This document shows positions 10,372 through 19,604 of a DNA stretch of 64,000 nucleotides, piece by piece. Under the pieces are notes generated by a model. The model worked only from the letters and a program-made list of their open reading frames with translations, made no database searches and was not told where the DNA came from. Position 1 is the first letter of the stretch. The number at the start of each line of letters is the position of its first letter. A program made the translations under genes and the position numbers. Origin of the DNA: Verrucomicrobiaceae bacterium (GTDB lineage: Bacteria > Pseudomonadota > Gammaproteobacteria > Pseudomonadales > CAMLJR01); NCBI GenBank assembly GCA_028293825.1, contig JAQGNY010000010.1, positions 237,151-301,150 on the forward strand, in the 5' to 3' direction.

Positions 10372-11973
10372 ATGATTCCAGTATTCGCATTAGTTGGTCG
10401 TCCAAACGTGGGAAAGTCGACGCTATTTAATCGACTCACCAAAACCCGTGATGCGCTCGTCGCAAATTTGCCGGGGCTCACGCGTGATCGCCAATATGGC
10501 GAAGTCACTTTTGGTTCGCGCCATTTTATCGTTATCGATACCGCCGGTATTACCGGGCAGGAAGAAGGCATCGATTCTGCTGTCGCGCAGCAATCGCAAC
10601 AAGCCGTGCTCGAAGCGGATGCGATCGTATTTATGACGGATGCGCGCGAGGGTCTTAATGCCCTTGATGAGCAGCTTGCACAAAAATTGCGCGTGCAAAA
10701 TAAACCGATTTTCTTCGTCGCGAATAAAATTGACGGTGTTAATGAAGAAGTTGCATTGGCCGAATTGTCGCGCTTGGGCGCGGCAAAATTGTATCCGACC
10801 ACTGCTACGCACGGTCGCGGTATACGTCCGTTAATCGAAGATATGTTGGCGCTGTTTCCCGTTGAGGAAACCGATGCTGTGCCTTCCGATCAACTCGATC
10901 CCGGCGTAAAAATTGCCATCGTCGGTCGGCCGAATGTCGGCAAATCGACACTGGTTAATCGCTTGCTCGGCGAAGAGCGTGTCGTTGTTTACGATCAACC
11001 TGGAACCACGCGCGACAGCGTTTATATTCGCTATCAACGCAACGATGAAATTTTCACGCTGATCGATACCGCCGGTATTCGTCGCCGTAAAAATGTTTCG
11101 GAAACAGTAGAAAAATTTTCCATCGTTAAAACATTGAAAGCCATCGATGACGCTAACGTCGTGATTCTGGTGCTCGATGCATCGGAAGGTATTGTCGATC
11201 AGGATTTACATCTGCTCGGCCATTCGATCGAAGCCGGGCGCGCATTGGTTGTCGCCATCAACAAGTGGGATGGTTTGGAAGATCAGCATAAGCAGTACGT
11301 AAAAAATGAATTGGAGCGGCGGCTGCAATTTATCGACTACGCGCAGATTCATTTTATTTCAGCGCTACACGGCACCGGTGTTGGCCATTTATATGAGTCC
11401 GTGCGTGCCGCGTTCAAAGCCTCCACGCAGAAGCTGCAAACGCATAAGCTGACGCAAATTCTCGAACGTGCGATATTCGATTACGCGCCGCCGCTGGTCA
11501 GTGGGCGTCGGATCAAATTGCGTTATGCACATGCGGGCGGAAATAATCCGCCGATCATCGTGATTCACGGCAACCAAACGGAAGAAGTGCCGCGCGCGTA
11601 TCAAAAATATTTAGAGAAAGTATTTCGACGCGAATTGGAAATGGTCGGCACGCCGGTGCGCATTGAGTTTCGCACTGGGGAAAATCCATTCGCGGGCAAG
11701 CGCAATAAATTGAATGAGCGTTTGATTGCGGCCAAAAAACGTCCGGTAAGACCGACCAAAAAAAGCGTTCAGGGTACCAAGAGCGTGAAGGGCGGTAGCG
11801 AAAATGAAAAGGGTATAAAAACCACGCGTAGCCCTAAAGTCATAAAGACTGCCGAAAGCGCGCAAGGTGCTAAGGCGTCTGCGCGTACGCAAACCGCTTC
11901 GCGCAGCAAGCCAGCCTCTCCACGCGCTAAGGTTTCTCCTAGAGCTAAAGCGGCCAAAAGCCCAAGAAAATAA
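10372..11973 (+). CDS. der: Ribosome-associated GTPase Der (EngA) with a long basic C-terminal extension
   Basis: Two GTPase domains (GRPNVGKST twice, DTAG twice, NKID/NKWD), a KH-like domain, then a 79-aa K/S/P/A-rich tail. Confidence 0.95.
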   Translation: MIPVFALVGRPNVGKSTLFNRLTKTRDALVANLPGLTRDRQYGEVTFGSRHFIVIDTAGITGQEEGIDSAVAQQSQQAVLEADAIVFMTDAREGLNALDEQLAQKLRVQNKPIFFVANKIDGVNEEVALAELSRLGAAKLYPTTATHGRGIRPLIEDMLALFPVEETDAVPSDQLDPGVKIAIVGRPNVGKSTLVNRLLGEERVVVYDQPGTTRDSVYIRYQRNDEIFTLIDTAGIRRRKNVSETVEKFSIVKTLKAIDDANVVILVLDASEGIVDQDLHLLGHSIEAGRALVVAINKWDGLEDQHKQYVKNELERRLQFIDYAQIHFISALHGTGVGHLYESVRAAFKASTQKLQTHKLTQILERAIFDYAPPLVSGRRIKLRYAHAGGNNPPIIVIHGNQTEEVPRAYQKYLEKVFRRELEMVGTPVRIEFRTGENPFAGKRNKLNERLIAAKKRPVRPTKKSVQGTKSVKGGSENEKGIKTTRSPKVIKTAESAQGAKASARTQTASRSKPASPRAKVSPRAKAAKSPRK

Positions 11974-12014
11974 TCGCCCTTCGCGTTGCAAAATATAAGC
12001 AATCAATGATCGTT

Positions 12015-12042
12015 AAATGAAAACCTGTAGAGGTTTTCATTT
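12015..12042. terminator. Bidirectional hairpin between convergent der and csp genes
   Basis: Perfect 11-bp stem AAATGAAAACC / GGTTTTCATTT with loop TGTAGA. Confidence 0.7.
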
Positions 12043-12062
12043 GCTCGATAATTTTTTAAGCG

Positions 12063-12308
12063 TTATTGCATTACGTAGTTGGGTTGCTGAATTCGATTGA
12101 ATGAGTCGCGCTGTTTACGTGCCGGTTGCACGTGCTTGGCAACAAGTTTGCCATCGAATACATGACATTCGAATTCCACCACGTCACCGACATTGATGCT
12201 TTCGGCGCCGCGTAAACTCTTTGCGTTTACATAAATATCCGGACCGGTACCGTTTTCCAGAAAGCCATAACCTTTTGCAACGTTGAACCACTTAACCGTT
12301 GTGCGCAT
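12063..12308 (-). CDS. Cold-shock domain (CspA-family-like) protein with a C-terminal extension
   Basis: VKWFNVAKGYGFL contains the RNP1 motif KGYGF. The length is 81 aa versus about 70 aa for canonical Csp. A long AT-rich 5' leader lies upstream. Confidence 0.8.
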   Translation of the reverse strand: MRTTVKWFNVAKGYGFLENGTGPDIYVNAKSLRGAESINVGDVVEFECHVFDGKLVAKHVQPARKQRDSFNRIQQPNYVMQ

Positions 12309-12506
12309 AAATTAATCTTTCTTTAAAAAATGACTGAGAGTTTTAACGTTAATTATTGAAATCGTAATTTCTAAAGCGTAATTGTAAAAAGGCGCCGCTA
12401 TAACGCCGTGATATTTATCGCGAGCAAATAATAGTGACGGAGATTTTCGCAAAAAAAACTTCTCTTGATCAAGTTATCGAATGGTAATGTTTGCGAAATT
12501 GCACAA

Positions 12507-12538
12507 ATAAAAAAACCCGGCATTGCCGGGTCTTTTTT
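12507..12538. terminator. Rho-independent terminator downstream of the thiolase gene
   Basis: A-run, stem CCCGGC/GCCGGG with loop ATT, then TCTTTTTT. Confidence 0.75.
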
Positions 12539-12555
12539 GCAGCTAAGTTGTTTCG

Positions 12556-13737
12556 TTAGATTATTTCAATGGCCACTGCCAACGCTTCGCCGCCGCCGAT
12601 ACACAGCGTGGCGATACCGCGTTTCTTGCCAAGTTTTTGCAGTGCGTACATCAGCGTCACAATTAAGCGCGAACCGGTTGAGCCGACCGGATGGCCCTGC
12701 GCACAAGCGCCGCCGTGGATATTTACTTTGCTGTGATCTAGGCCGAGATCGCGCATTGCGAGCATCGTCACCATTGCGAATGCTTCGTTGATTTCCCACA
12801 GATCGACATCATTAACCGACCAGTCGATTTTCTTCAGCAATGTCTGCACTGCGCCGATAGGCGCCAGCGTGAAAAGCTCCGGTGCATGTGAGTGACGTGC
12901 GTGGCCGATAATGCGAGCGATAGGGCGAACATTGCGTGCCTTTGCTTCATCTTCATGCATCAACACTAGGGCGGAAGCACCGTCGGAGATGGAACTGGCG
13001 TTAGCCGGCGTAATAGTGCCGTCTTTTTTAAACGCGGGTTTAAGCGTGGGGATTTTTTCCAGTTTTGCGGTCAATGGCTGCTCATCGTCTTTAACAATGG
13101 TTTCGCCTTTGCGGGTCACGATGGTAACTGGCGTCACTTCACCTTCGAGCGAACCGTCTTTGATGGCGCGTTGCGCGCGTTGCAGCGATTCGATCGCATA
13201 TGCATCCATTTGTTCGCGAGTAAGTCCATTGGCGTCGGCAGTTTCTTGCGCGTAATTGCCCATCGGGCGCGTTGTGTTCGGATCTTCCAGCGCGTCGTAA
13301 AACATGTGGTCTTTTAATTCGACGTGACCGGTGCGAACGCCACTGCGTGCACCTGGCAACAGATGCGGTGCGTTGGTCATGCTTTCCATGCCGCCCGCAA
13401 CAATTGTTTTGTAGCTGCCGGCAACGATTTGATCGTGCGCGAAAATAACTGACTGCATGCCGGAGCCGCACAGTTTGTTAATCGTCACCGCGCCCGCGGA
13501 ATTGGGAATACCAGCTTTCAAGCCGACTTGGCGGGCCGGGCCCTGCTTCAAGCCAGCGGGTAACACGCAACCCATGAACAGTTCTTCGACATCCGACGGC
13601 TTAAGCCCCGAACGCTCAAGTGCCGCTTTGACGGCTACGGTGCCGAGCTCAACGGCGGTGGCGCCGCTAAGGCTGCCTTGAAGGCCGCCCATCGGGGTGC
13701 GCGCGCCGCTAACGATAACTACAGGATGGTCAGACAT
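12556..13737 (-). CDS. Acetyl-CoA C-acetyltransferase (thiolase II)
   Basis: MSDHPVVIVSGARTPMG, active-site NKLCGSGMQS, C-terminal GHPVGSTGSR and CIGGGEALA. Start at ATG 13737; the ORF-track N-terminal extension is not supported by homology. Confidence 0.93.
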   Translation of the reverse strand: MSDHPVVIVSGARTPMGGLQGSLSGATAVELGTVAVKAALERSGLKPSDVEELFMGCVLPAGLKQGPARQVGLKAGIPNSAGAVTINKLCGSGMQSVIFAHDQIVAGSYKTIVAGGMESMTNAPHLLPGARSGVRTGHVELKDHMFYDALEDPNTTRPMGNYAQETADANGLTREQMDAYAIESLQRAQRAIKDGSLEGEVTPVTIVTRKGETIVKDDEQPLTAKLEKIPTLKPAFKKDGTITPANASSISDGASALVLMHEDEAKARNVRPIARIIGHARHSHAPELFTLAPIGAVQTLLKKIDWSVNDVDLWEINEAFAMVTMLAMRDLGLDHSKVNIHGGACAQGHPVGSTGSRLIVTLMYALQKLGKKRGIATLCIGGGEALAVAIEII

Positions 13738-13915
13738 GATGAATTCCAGCAGTAAATATTGAATGGGAAGGGCGGTCATTTAGCCACAGACACGTGTCCC
13801 ACGACAACCGCTGCCATGTCGCTCTGCACTACAACTGTCGCAATAAACGCAGCGCTGCTATTTTATTTTTCACGAAAATTAATCGGGTCGCGTCGCTTTT
13901 GTTCGGGCACGTTAT

Positions 13916-14911
13916 TTAGATAACGGTAAATAATTTGCCGCGCACCGATTCGCGGTAATCGCGCGGGGTCTGCTTCATCGCTTCACGAAACAGTCGCGAA
14001 AAATAATCGCTGTCGCTGTAGCCCGCCGTCATTGCCACTTCAGCAATACTGAGATTGGTGGTGCGCAATAAATCGCGGGCATTGTGCAAACGTTGCTGCA
14101 ACAAATAGCTGTTGGGGCTCATCCCTGTCGCGCTTTTAAAGCGTCGATTTAGCGAGCGCAAACTCAATCCCAATTGTTTTGCCAGTTCCGGCATATGCAG
14201 TGTTTCGGCGCAGTTGGTGCGCAGATAATCCTGCACCTGCACGATTACTTCGTCGCTGTGTACGTCAGCGCGACCGGCACTGTAAGCATGGCTGGCGAAG
14301 GGCTGGCGGATTTCCGGTGAAAACTGTGCTTCCACTTTGCGCGCCAGTTCGCGTCCGTATAACAGCTCGATAAAGTGGATCGTTAAATCGGCCACCGAAT
14401 TTACCGATCCCGCGCAATAGATATTGCCCGCTTCGGTAATTAGATGATGGCGCTGCAACAGCACGCGCGGATAACGCTGCGCGAACGAGTCGAAATAAAA
14501 CCAATGCGTTGTGGCCGGTTTATCGTCGAGCAGACCTGCTTCCGCTAATAGAAAGCTGCCGGTACCGACGGCGCATAGCAGGGTTTTCTCCAGCGCCAAG
14601 CGTTGCAGCCACGGCAAAATATTGCGGTGATTGCGCAGTGCCGTGCGCGGGTTGCGCCACAGCGCGGGAATGATCAGCAAATCGGTATTTTGAACTGCAT
14701 CGATGTCGCCGCTGAGCTTCAGTGTTAGGCCGTTCGCCGTTTTGATTTCAGCACCGCCCGGGCCTACAAAACGGTGCGTCAGGGACGAATATTTTTTGTC
14801 TGTGTGGCGATCAATGCGCGCCAGTTGATCGGCGGCCGTGAGCATTTCCATCGGCAGCGACAGGCTGGAAGGGAGCGCTTCGGGCAGTACGAGCAGAGTT
14901 ATGTCCGGCAT
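13916..14911 (-). CDS. GlxA-type AraC-family regulator (DJ-1/PfpI-like domain + AraC HTH)
   Basis: N-terminal class-I glutamine amidotransferase-like fold (LLIIPALW, LLCAVGTGSFLLAEAGLL) and C-terminal AraC HTH (IAEVAMTAGYSDSDYFSRLFREAMKQTPRDYR). ATG 14911 is preferred over TTG 14965. Confidence 0.85.
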   Translation of the reverse strand: MPDITLLVLPEALPSSLSLPMEMLTAADQLARIDRHTDKKYSSLTHRFVGPGGAEIKTANGLTLKLSGDIDAVQNTDLLIIPALWRNPRTALRNHRNILPWLQRLALEKTLLCAVGTGSFLLAEAGLLDDKPATTHWFYFDSFAQRYPRVLLQRHHLITEAGNIYCAGSVNSVADLTIHFIELLYGRELARKVEAQFSPEIRQPFASHAYSAGRADVHSDEVIVQVQDYLRTNCAETLHMPELAKQLGLSLRSLNRRFKSATGMSPNSYLLQQRLHNARDLLRTTNLSIAEVAMTAGYSDSDYFSRLFREAMKQTPRDYRESVRGKLFTVI

Positions 14912-15042
14912 TGGCGTGAAAAACCAGTTTAGTGGCTGTTTTGTCCAGTATATCGGCGGGGTCAAACATTACAATGCGGCAACAGAATTATGTCAGCTCG
15001 AGTGTTCCGCTCGGCAAAACTCTTCCCAGATAAGGATTTACG

Positions 15043-16908
15043 ATGGCCAGGCTTCCTCTTATCGTCGGGTTTGGCGGCATCAACGCCGCCGGTCGCAGCT
15101 CATTCCACCACGGTTACCGGCGCATGATTTTCGATGCGTTGGATGCAGCCAAGTCGGCCAGCACCTTGCAAAGCTTATCTGCGTTGATGCGTCTGCCCGC
15201 CGAGCAAACCATGAGCGCCGAGCGCAAGCGCTTTATTCTCGACCATACCTTGATTCGCCGCATCGAAAACGATTGGTTCGACCCGGAGCGCGCGCCGCTC
15301 AATCGCCGCATTCCGATTGAAGCCAGCGACAAACCCGTGTCTCTCGTCACTAAAGCGCGCAATTTGCCACCGATTCTGCCACCGAATTGGACCGTAACCG
15401 ATTTGGACGGACGCAATGTGCGCGTCGATATCAGTGGCGATACCGAGTTTCTGTTGCCCGATACCGAGGCGATGAGCGTGCAAGCGGCCGGGCAGCTCCC
15501 AACGGGGTTCGATCCTGCCGCACTGTACCAATCGCGCAATCACCCGCGCGGCTTGCAGCTCTCGGTATTTGCAGCGTCGGATGCGTTGGGTTCGATGGGG
15601 ATCGACTGGCAAACCGTTTGTAGTCGCGTGGCGCCGGATCAAATCAGTTGTTATGCCGGCAATGCGTTGGGGCAGTGCGATGAAAATGGCAATGGCGGCA
15701 TGCTCGGCGCCCGTTATCGCGGCCGGCGCGTGACATCGAAGCAACTGCCGTTCGGCTTGCTGGAGATGCCGGCCGATTTCGTCAACGCCTACGTGCTCGG
15801 CAATATCGGTAATACCGGCGGCAATGCCGGTGCTTGCGCGACTTTTCTGTACAGCTTGCGGCAGGGGCTGGACGACATTAGCGCTGGTCGCGCCCGCGTG
15901 GTGGTTATTGGGTCCAGCGAAGCGCCGATCCTGCCGGACGTCATCGAAGGCTTTGCCGCGATGGGTGCGCTCGCGCAGGACAAAGATTTGCTCGCGCTCG
16001 ACGCAGACAAAGGCCTCACCCAACCGGATTGGCGTCGCGCGGCACGGCCGTTCAGCACCAACTGCGGCTTTACGATTGCTGAGGGCGCGCAATACATCGT
16101 GCTGATGGACGATGAGCTGGCGCTGGAATTAGGCGCGACCGTCTACGGCGCGGTCACTGATGTATTTATTAATGCCGACGGGCATAAGAAATCGATTTCC
16201 GGCCCTGGCGCAGGCAATTACTTAACAGTCGCCAAATCGTGTGCGTTGGTACGCACCCTTCTCGGTGAAGAATCGCTGCGGCAGCGTTCGTTCATCCAGG
16301 CACACGGCACCAGTACGCCGCAGAACCGCATATCGGAATCGCATATTTTCAACGAAGTCGCCAAGCTGTTCGGAATTCAGCAGTGGCCGGTAGCGGCGAT
16401 CAAAGCCTTCATCGGACACACGTTAGGCCCAGCATCCGGCGATCAGCTGGCGGCCACACTGGGTGTATGGAATGGCGGTTTGATCCCCGGTATCAAAACC
16501 ATCGATCACATCGCCAACGATGTGCATTGCAGCAACCTGAGCATCAGCAGTGAGCACACCGAAGTGGGGGTCGAAGGTATCGACAGCGCCATTCTCAATG
16601 CTAAAGGCTTCGGCGGTAACAATGCGTCGGCACCGATTTTCGCGCCGCATATCGCGCTGAAAATGCTGACCAAACGCCACGGCGAGAAAGCGATGAGAGC
16701 TTGGCGCGAGCGTAATGAGCAAGTGCGCGAGCAAGCGGCGCAATACGATGCGGTGGCATCGAGCGGCGACTTAAAGTCGATTTACAAATTCGACCACAAC
16801 GTGCTCGGCGGCGGCGATCTCGATTTATCCAAGCACGCGATTGCGGTACCGGGATTCGGGCAGCCGGTCGATTTGGATTTCGACACGCCATTTCGCGACT
16901 GGATCTGA
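15043..16908 (+). CDS. fabY: FabY-type beta-ketoacyl-ACP synthase (KASI/II-domain condensing enzyme, about 620 aa)
   Basis: MARLPLIVGFGGINAAGRSSFHHGYRRM, SAGQLPTGFDP, GACATFLYSL (Cys), AHGTSTPQNR and FIGHTLGPASG (His/His), and NAKGFGGNNAS are collinear with P. aeruginosa PA5174 as I recall it. Confidence 0.8.
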   Translation: MARLPLIVGFGGINAAGRSSFHHGYRRMIFDALDAAKSASTLQSLSALMRLPAEQTMSAERKRFILDHTLIRRIENDWFDPERAPLNRRIPIEASDKPVSLVTKARNLPPILPPNWTVTDLDGRNVRVDISGDTEFLLPDTEAMSVQAAGQLPTGFDPAALYQSRNHPRGLQLSVFAASDALGSMGIDWQTVCSRVAPDQISCYAGNALGQCDENGNGGMLGARYRGRRVTSKQLPFGLLEMPADFVNAYVLGNIGNTGGNAGACATFLYSLRQGLDDISAGRARVVVIGSSEAPILPDVIEGFAAMGALAQDKDLLALDADKGLTQPDWRRAARPFSTNCGFTIAEGAQYIVLMDDELALELGATVYGAVTDVFINADGHKKSISGPGAGNYLTVAKSCALVRTLLGEESLRQRSFIQAHGTSTPQNRISESHIFNEVAKLFGIQQWPVAAIKAFIGHTLGPASGDQLAATLGVWNGGLIPGIKTIDHIANDVHCSNLSISSEHTEVGVEGIDSAILNAKGFGGNNASAPIFAPHIALKMLTKRHGEKAMRAWRERNEQVREQAAQYDAVASSGDLKSIYKFDHNVLGGGDLDLSKHAIAVPGFGQPVDLDFDTPFRDWI

Positions 16909-16953
16909 TTTCGCTGGCTATACTTGGGTGTCGGTCAACGGAGGGCGAGCACC

Positions 16954-17388
16954 ATGCGCAAATTCGTCCGTCATCCCAGTTCGATTCCCATCGAGCTGTC
17001 TGTAGCGCGCGCAGCTATTCCCCGCGCGCGCTGTCGCAATATCAGCAACGGCGGTTTTGCCTGCACGGTCGACGAACCGCTGCCGGTGGGAAGTTCGGTG
17101 TGTTTGCGAATTCCCGTGATCTGGCCCGAGTATCGCGGCAACGGCGTCGTTGCCTGGTGCCAGCAAGTAACGCCTGCCTATGAGATCGGCATTCAATTTG
17201 TCGCGCAGGATTTATTTAAAACCAAGATGGTCGAGCAGCTGTGCCAGATCGAACAATACCGTATTCAATTGCAGTTAAACGAAGGGCGCACGCTAAGTAG
17301 TCAAGCGGCAGCGGAAGAATGGATTGCGTTGTACGCGAAAGATTTTTCCGATTCGTTTCTGGGTTCGGATGAAAGCGCTGGCAATTAA
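16954..17388 (+). CDS. PilZ-domain protein (putative c-di-GMP receptor)
   Basis: RKFVR (RxxxR) at the N-terminus and NISNGG (D/NxSxxG) about 30 residues later. GGAGGG RBS upstream of ATG 16954. Confidence 0.8.
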   Translation: MRKFVRHPSSIPIELSVARAAIPRARCRNISNGGFACTVDEPLPVGSSVCLRIPVIWPEYRGNGVVAWCQQVTPAYEIGIQFVAQDLFKTKMVEQLCQIEQYRIQLQLNEGRTLSSQAAAEEWIALYAKDFSDSFLGSDESAGN

Positions 17389-17412
17389 CGGGTTAGTTGT
17401 AGTTAAAAACGT

Positions 17413-18666
17413 TTAATCGAGCGTTAAGCCTTTTTCCACATACGTCTCAACGCGCACGCCATGCGCCCCGTTCGGCAATACGTTTTTAATTAATTGCTCC
17501 GCCGCACCAGCCGCCGCTGTTTTTTCCAAATTCAAAATACGTTCCGGCATCGGTTGTTTAGCGCTGTCGCGTAACAGCATCACTTTCGGTAAATGGCGAT
17601 GGCGATGATTGGTGCTGATAACGATCCCGACTTCGCCGCTGTGTAATTCCACTACGCTGCCGGGCGGATACAGGCCGATGCAATCGATAAATTGCTGGCC
17701 CAATTTCGGATCGAATTTTTTGCCGGCTTCGTCGTGAATAATGCGCAATGCATTTAGCGACGACGCGCCTTTTTTATAAATACGATCGCTGGTAATCGCA
17801 TCATAAACATCGCACAGCGTAATGATGCGCGTGAAATCGGTAATATTGCCGGCTTTAATTTTGCGTGGATAACCGCTGCCATCCAAATTTTCATGATGGC
17901 TATACGCCACGTCGATGGCGCCATGATAAATATTGCGATGCGCGAGCAAAATATCGCGGCCTTGTTGCGCATGCTTCTGCATGATTTGAAATTCGTCTTC
18001 ATTCAGCCGCGTTTCTTTCAATAAAATTTCGAGTGGCGTTTGCATCTTGCCGATGTCGTGCAGCATGCCGGCTACGCCGAGTTTATTTAAATCCTCCTCG
18101 CTCGCGCCCAAATGACGACCAAACGCAATCGCTAATAACCCTACATTTAAACTGTGCTCGGATGTGTATTCATCCTTAGAGCGCAGCTTTGCCATCCACA
18201 ACATGGCGTCCGGGTTGCGCAAAATACTACGCACGCATTCCGAAACCGTCGCTTTTACTTCTTTAATATCGATGCCGCGCCCGAGCCGCACTTCATCCAT
18301 AAACGAGCGTGTTAACGCACGGGCATTTTGATGGGTGCTTTGCGCGGTGATCATTTCTTTCGCGCGCGGCGTGGTCGTGTTGTATTTATTGATGCGTTGC
18401 GACAGCGTTTCTTTTACCGCGCGTTCTTCGGCGGGCTGCCAGGTGTCTTCGCCGAGTTCGATATACACACTCTGGCAATATTTCGCTATTTCCTCGATAT
18501 CGGCGAGGCTGCGGATATGAAATCCCTGCAGAATAAACGGCGTTTCCAGCCACGGCCGATCCAGCTCGCTGACATACATGCCGACCTTCAAACCGGCGAC
18601 GGCAATTTGCATCACCCGTTTTTCTTTCAGGGTGCGGCCGGGGCGAACTACGGTTTTTTTATCCAT
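17413..18666 (-). CDS. HD-GYP domain c-di-GMP phosphodiesterase with DUF3391-like N-terminus
   Basis: LKVGMYVSELDRPW N-terminal domain, HDIGK and HHENLDGSGYP motifs. The start is uncertain (ATG 18666 or TTG 18696). Confidence 0.88.
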   Translation of the reverse strand: MDKKTVVRPGRTLKEKRVMQIAVAGLKVGMYVSELDRPWLETPFILQGFHIRSLADIEEIAKYCQSVYIELGEDTWQPAEERAVKETLSQRINKYNTTTPRAKEMITAQSTHQNARALTRSFMDEVRLGRGIDIKEVKATVSECVRSILRNPDAMLWMAKLRSKDEYTSEHSLNVGLLAIAFGRHLGASEEDLNKLGVAGMLHDIGKMQTPLEILLKETRLNEDEFQIMQKHAQQGRDILLAHRNIYHGAIDVAYSHHENLDGSGYPRKIKAGNITDFTRIITLCDVYDAITSDRIYKKGASSLNALRIIHDEAGKKFDPKLGQQFIDCIGLYPPGSVVELHSGEVGIVISTNHRHRHLPKVMLLRDSAKQPMPERILNLEKTAAAGAAEQLIKNVLPNGAHGVRVETYVEKGLTLD

Positions 18667-18818
18667 GCGGTTCGAATCTAATCGGTCGATGAGCAAATAT
18701 TGGCGCTTTAGTGTTCAGTGTAGGAGAGCAATGAGTTTTTGCATCCCCTGCATAAGGTGGCAGTTGTTAGCAGACTGGTAGAATTAAAAACAATTGATGA
18801 GGCCGGATAATAAAATAG

Positions 18819-19394
18819 ATGCGATCGACCCTGTTTCGAGTTCCTTTTTTAAGCCCGGTATTAGCACGCGGAGCGGCGGCCCTATTGTTTATTTTTGGCT
18901 GGCGCGTGGTCGGAGCGCTGCCCGACCAACGCAAATACGTGCTAATCGCCGCGCCTCACACCAGCAATTGGGATTTCCCATTGATGCTGCTCGCGGTATT
19001 AAAAATTCGCATGGATCTGCACTGGTTGGGGAAAAGCAGTTTGTTTCGCGCGCCCTTCGGTGCGTTGATGCAGTGGTTGGGCGGCGTACCGGTCGATCGC
19101 AGTAAATCCAATAATTTGGTCGGCCAGTTGGTCGAACAATTTAAGCAGTGTGAGCAGTTGGTCGTGTTAATCCCGCCCGAGGGCACGCGCACTAAAGTCG
19201 AACGTTGGAAGAGCGGGTTTTATTACGTGGCCGCTGGTGCTGGGGTGCCGCTGCTGCTGGGGTTTATCGATGCCTCGCGCAGGCAAATAGGCTTCGGCCC
19301 ATTTTTTTATCCAACCGGAGATTACGCAGCGGATCTGATCGAAATCCAAAAGTTTTACGCCGATAAAACCGGCTTGCGCGGGGATGCCCGCTAA
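18819..19394 (+). CDS. Lysophospholipid/1-acyl-sn-glycerol-3-phosphate acyltransferase family protein
   Basis: HTSNWD (HX4D) and PPEGTR acyltransferase motifs. Confidence 0.8.
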   Translation: MRSTLFRVPFLSPVLARGAAALLFIFGWRVVGALPDQRKYVLIAAPHTSNWDFPLMLLAVLKIRMDLHWLGKSSLFRAPFGALMQWLGGVPVDRSKSNNLVGQLVEQFKQCEQLVVLIPPEGTRTKVERWKSGFYYVAAGAGVPLLLGFIDASRRQIGFGPFFYPTGDYAADLIEIQKFYADKTGLRGDAR

Positions 19395-19604
19395 CGACAG
19401 AGTGCGATGTGATGTCCCTGCAAATAAGGGCGCAAGCGCAGTGCGCGGCTTATAACAATTGTCGAACGGATTGAAACATTCTGTAGGTTGACAACTGTCG
19501 GTGATTGTAATTTAGTGCATCGGCTTATTGGCTGCTGCGCGAAGCGATACGCGATCATCGCAGCGACAATCGATAATAATTTAACAATTGATGAGGCATC
19601 GAAA

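Noticed and set aside
15175-16092. 305-aa minus-strand ORF (and 15114-15539, 15789-16097) inside the fabY region
   Set aside because: These are antisense or alternative-frame shadows of the well-supported fabY frame. They are Arg/Ala-rich with no recognisable domain.
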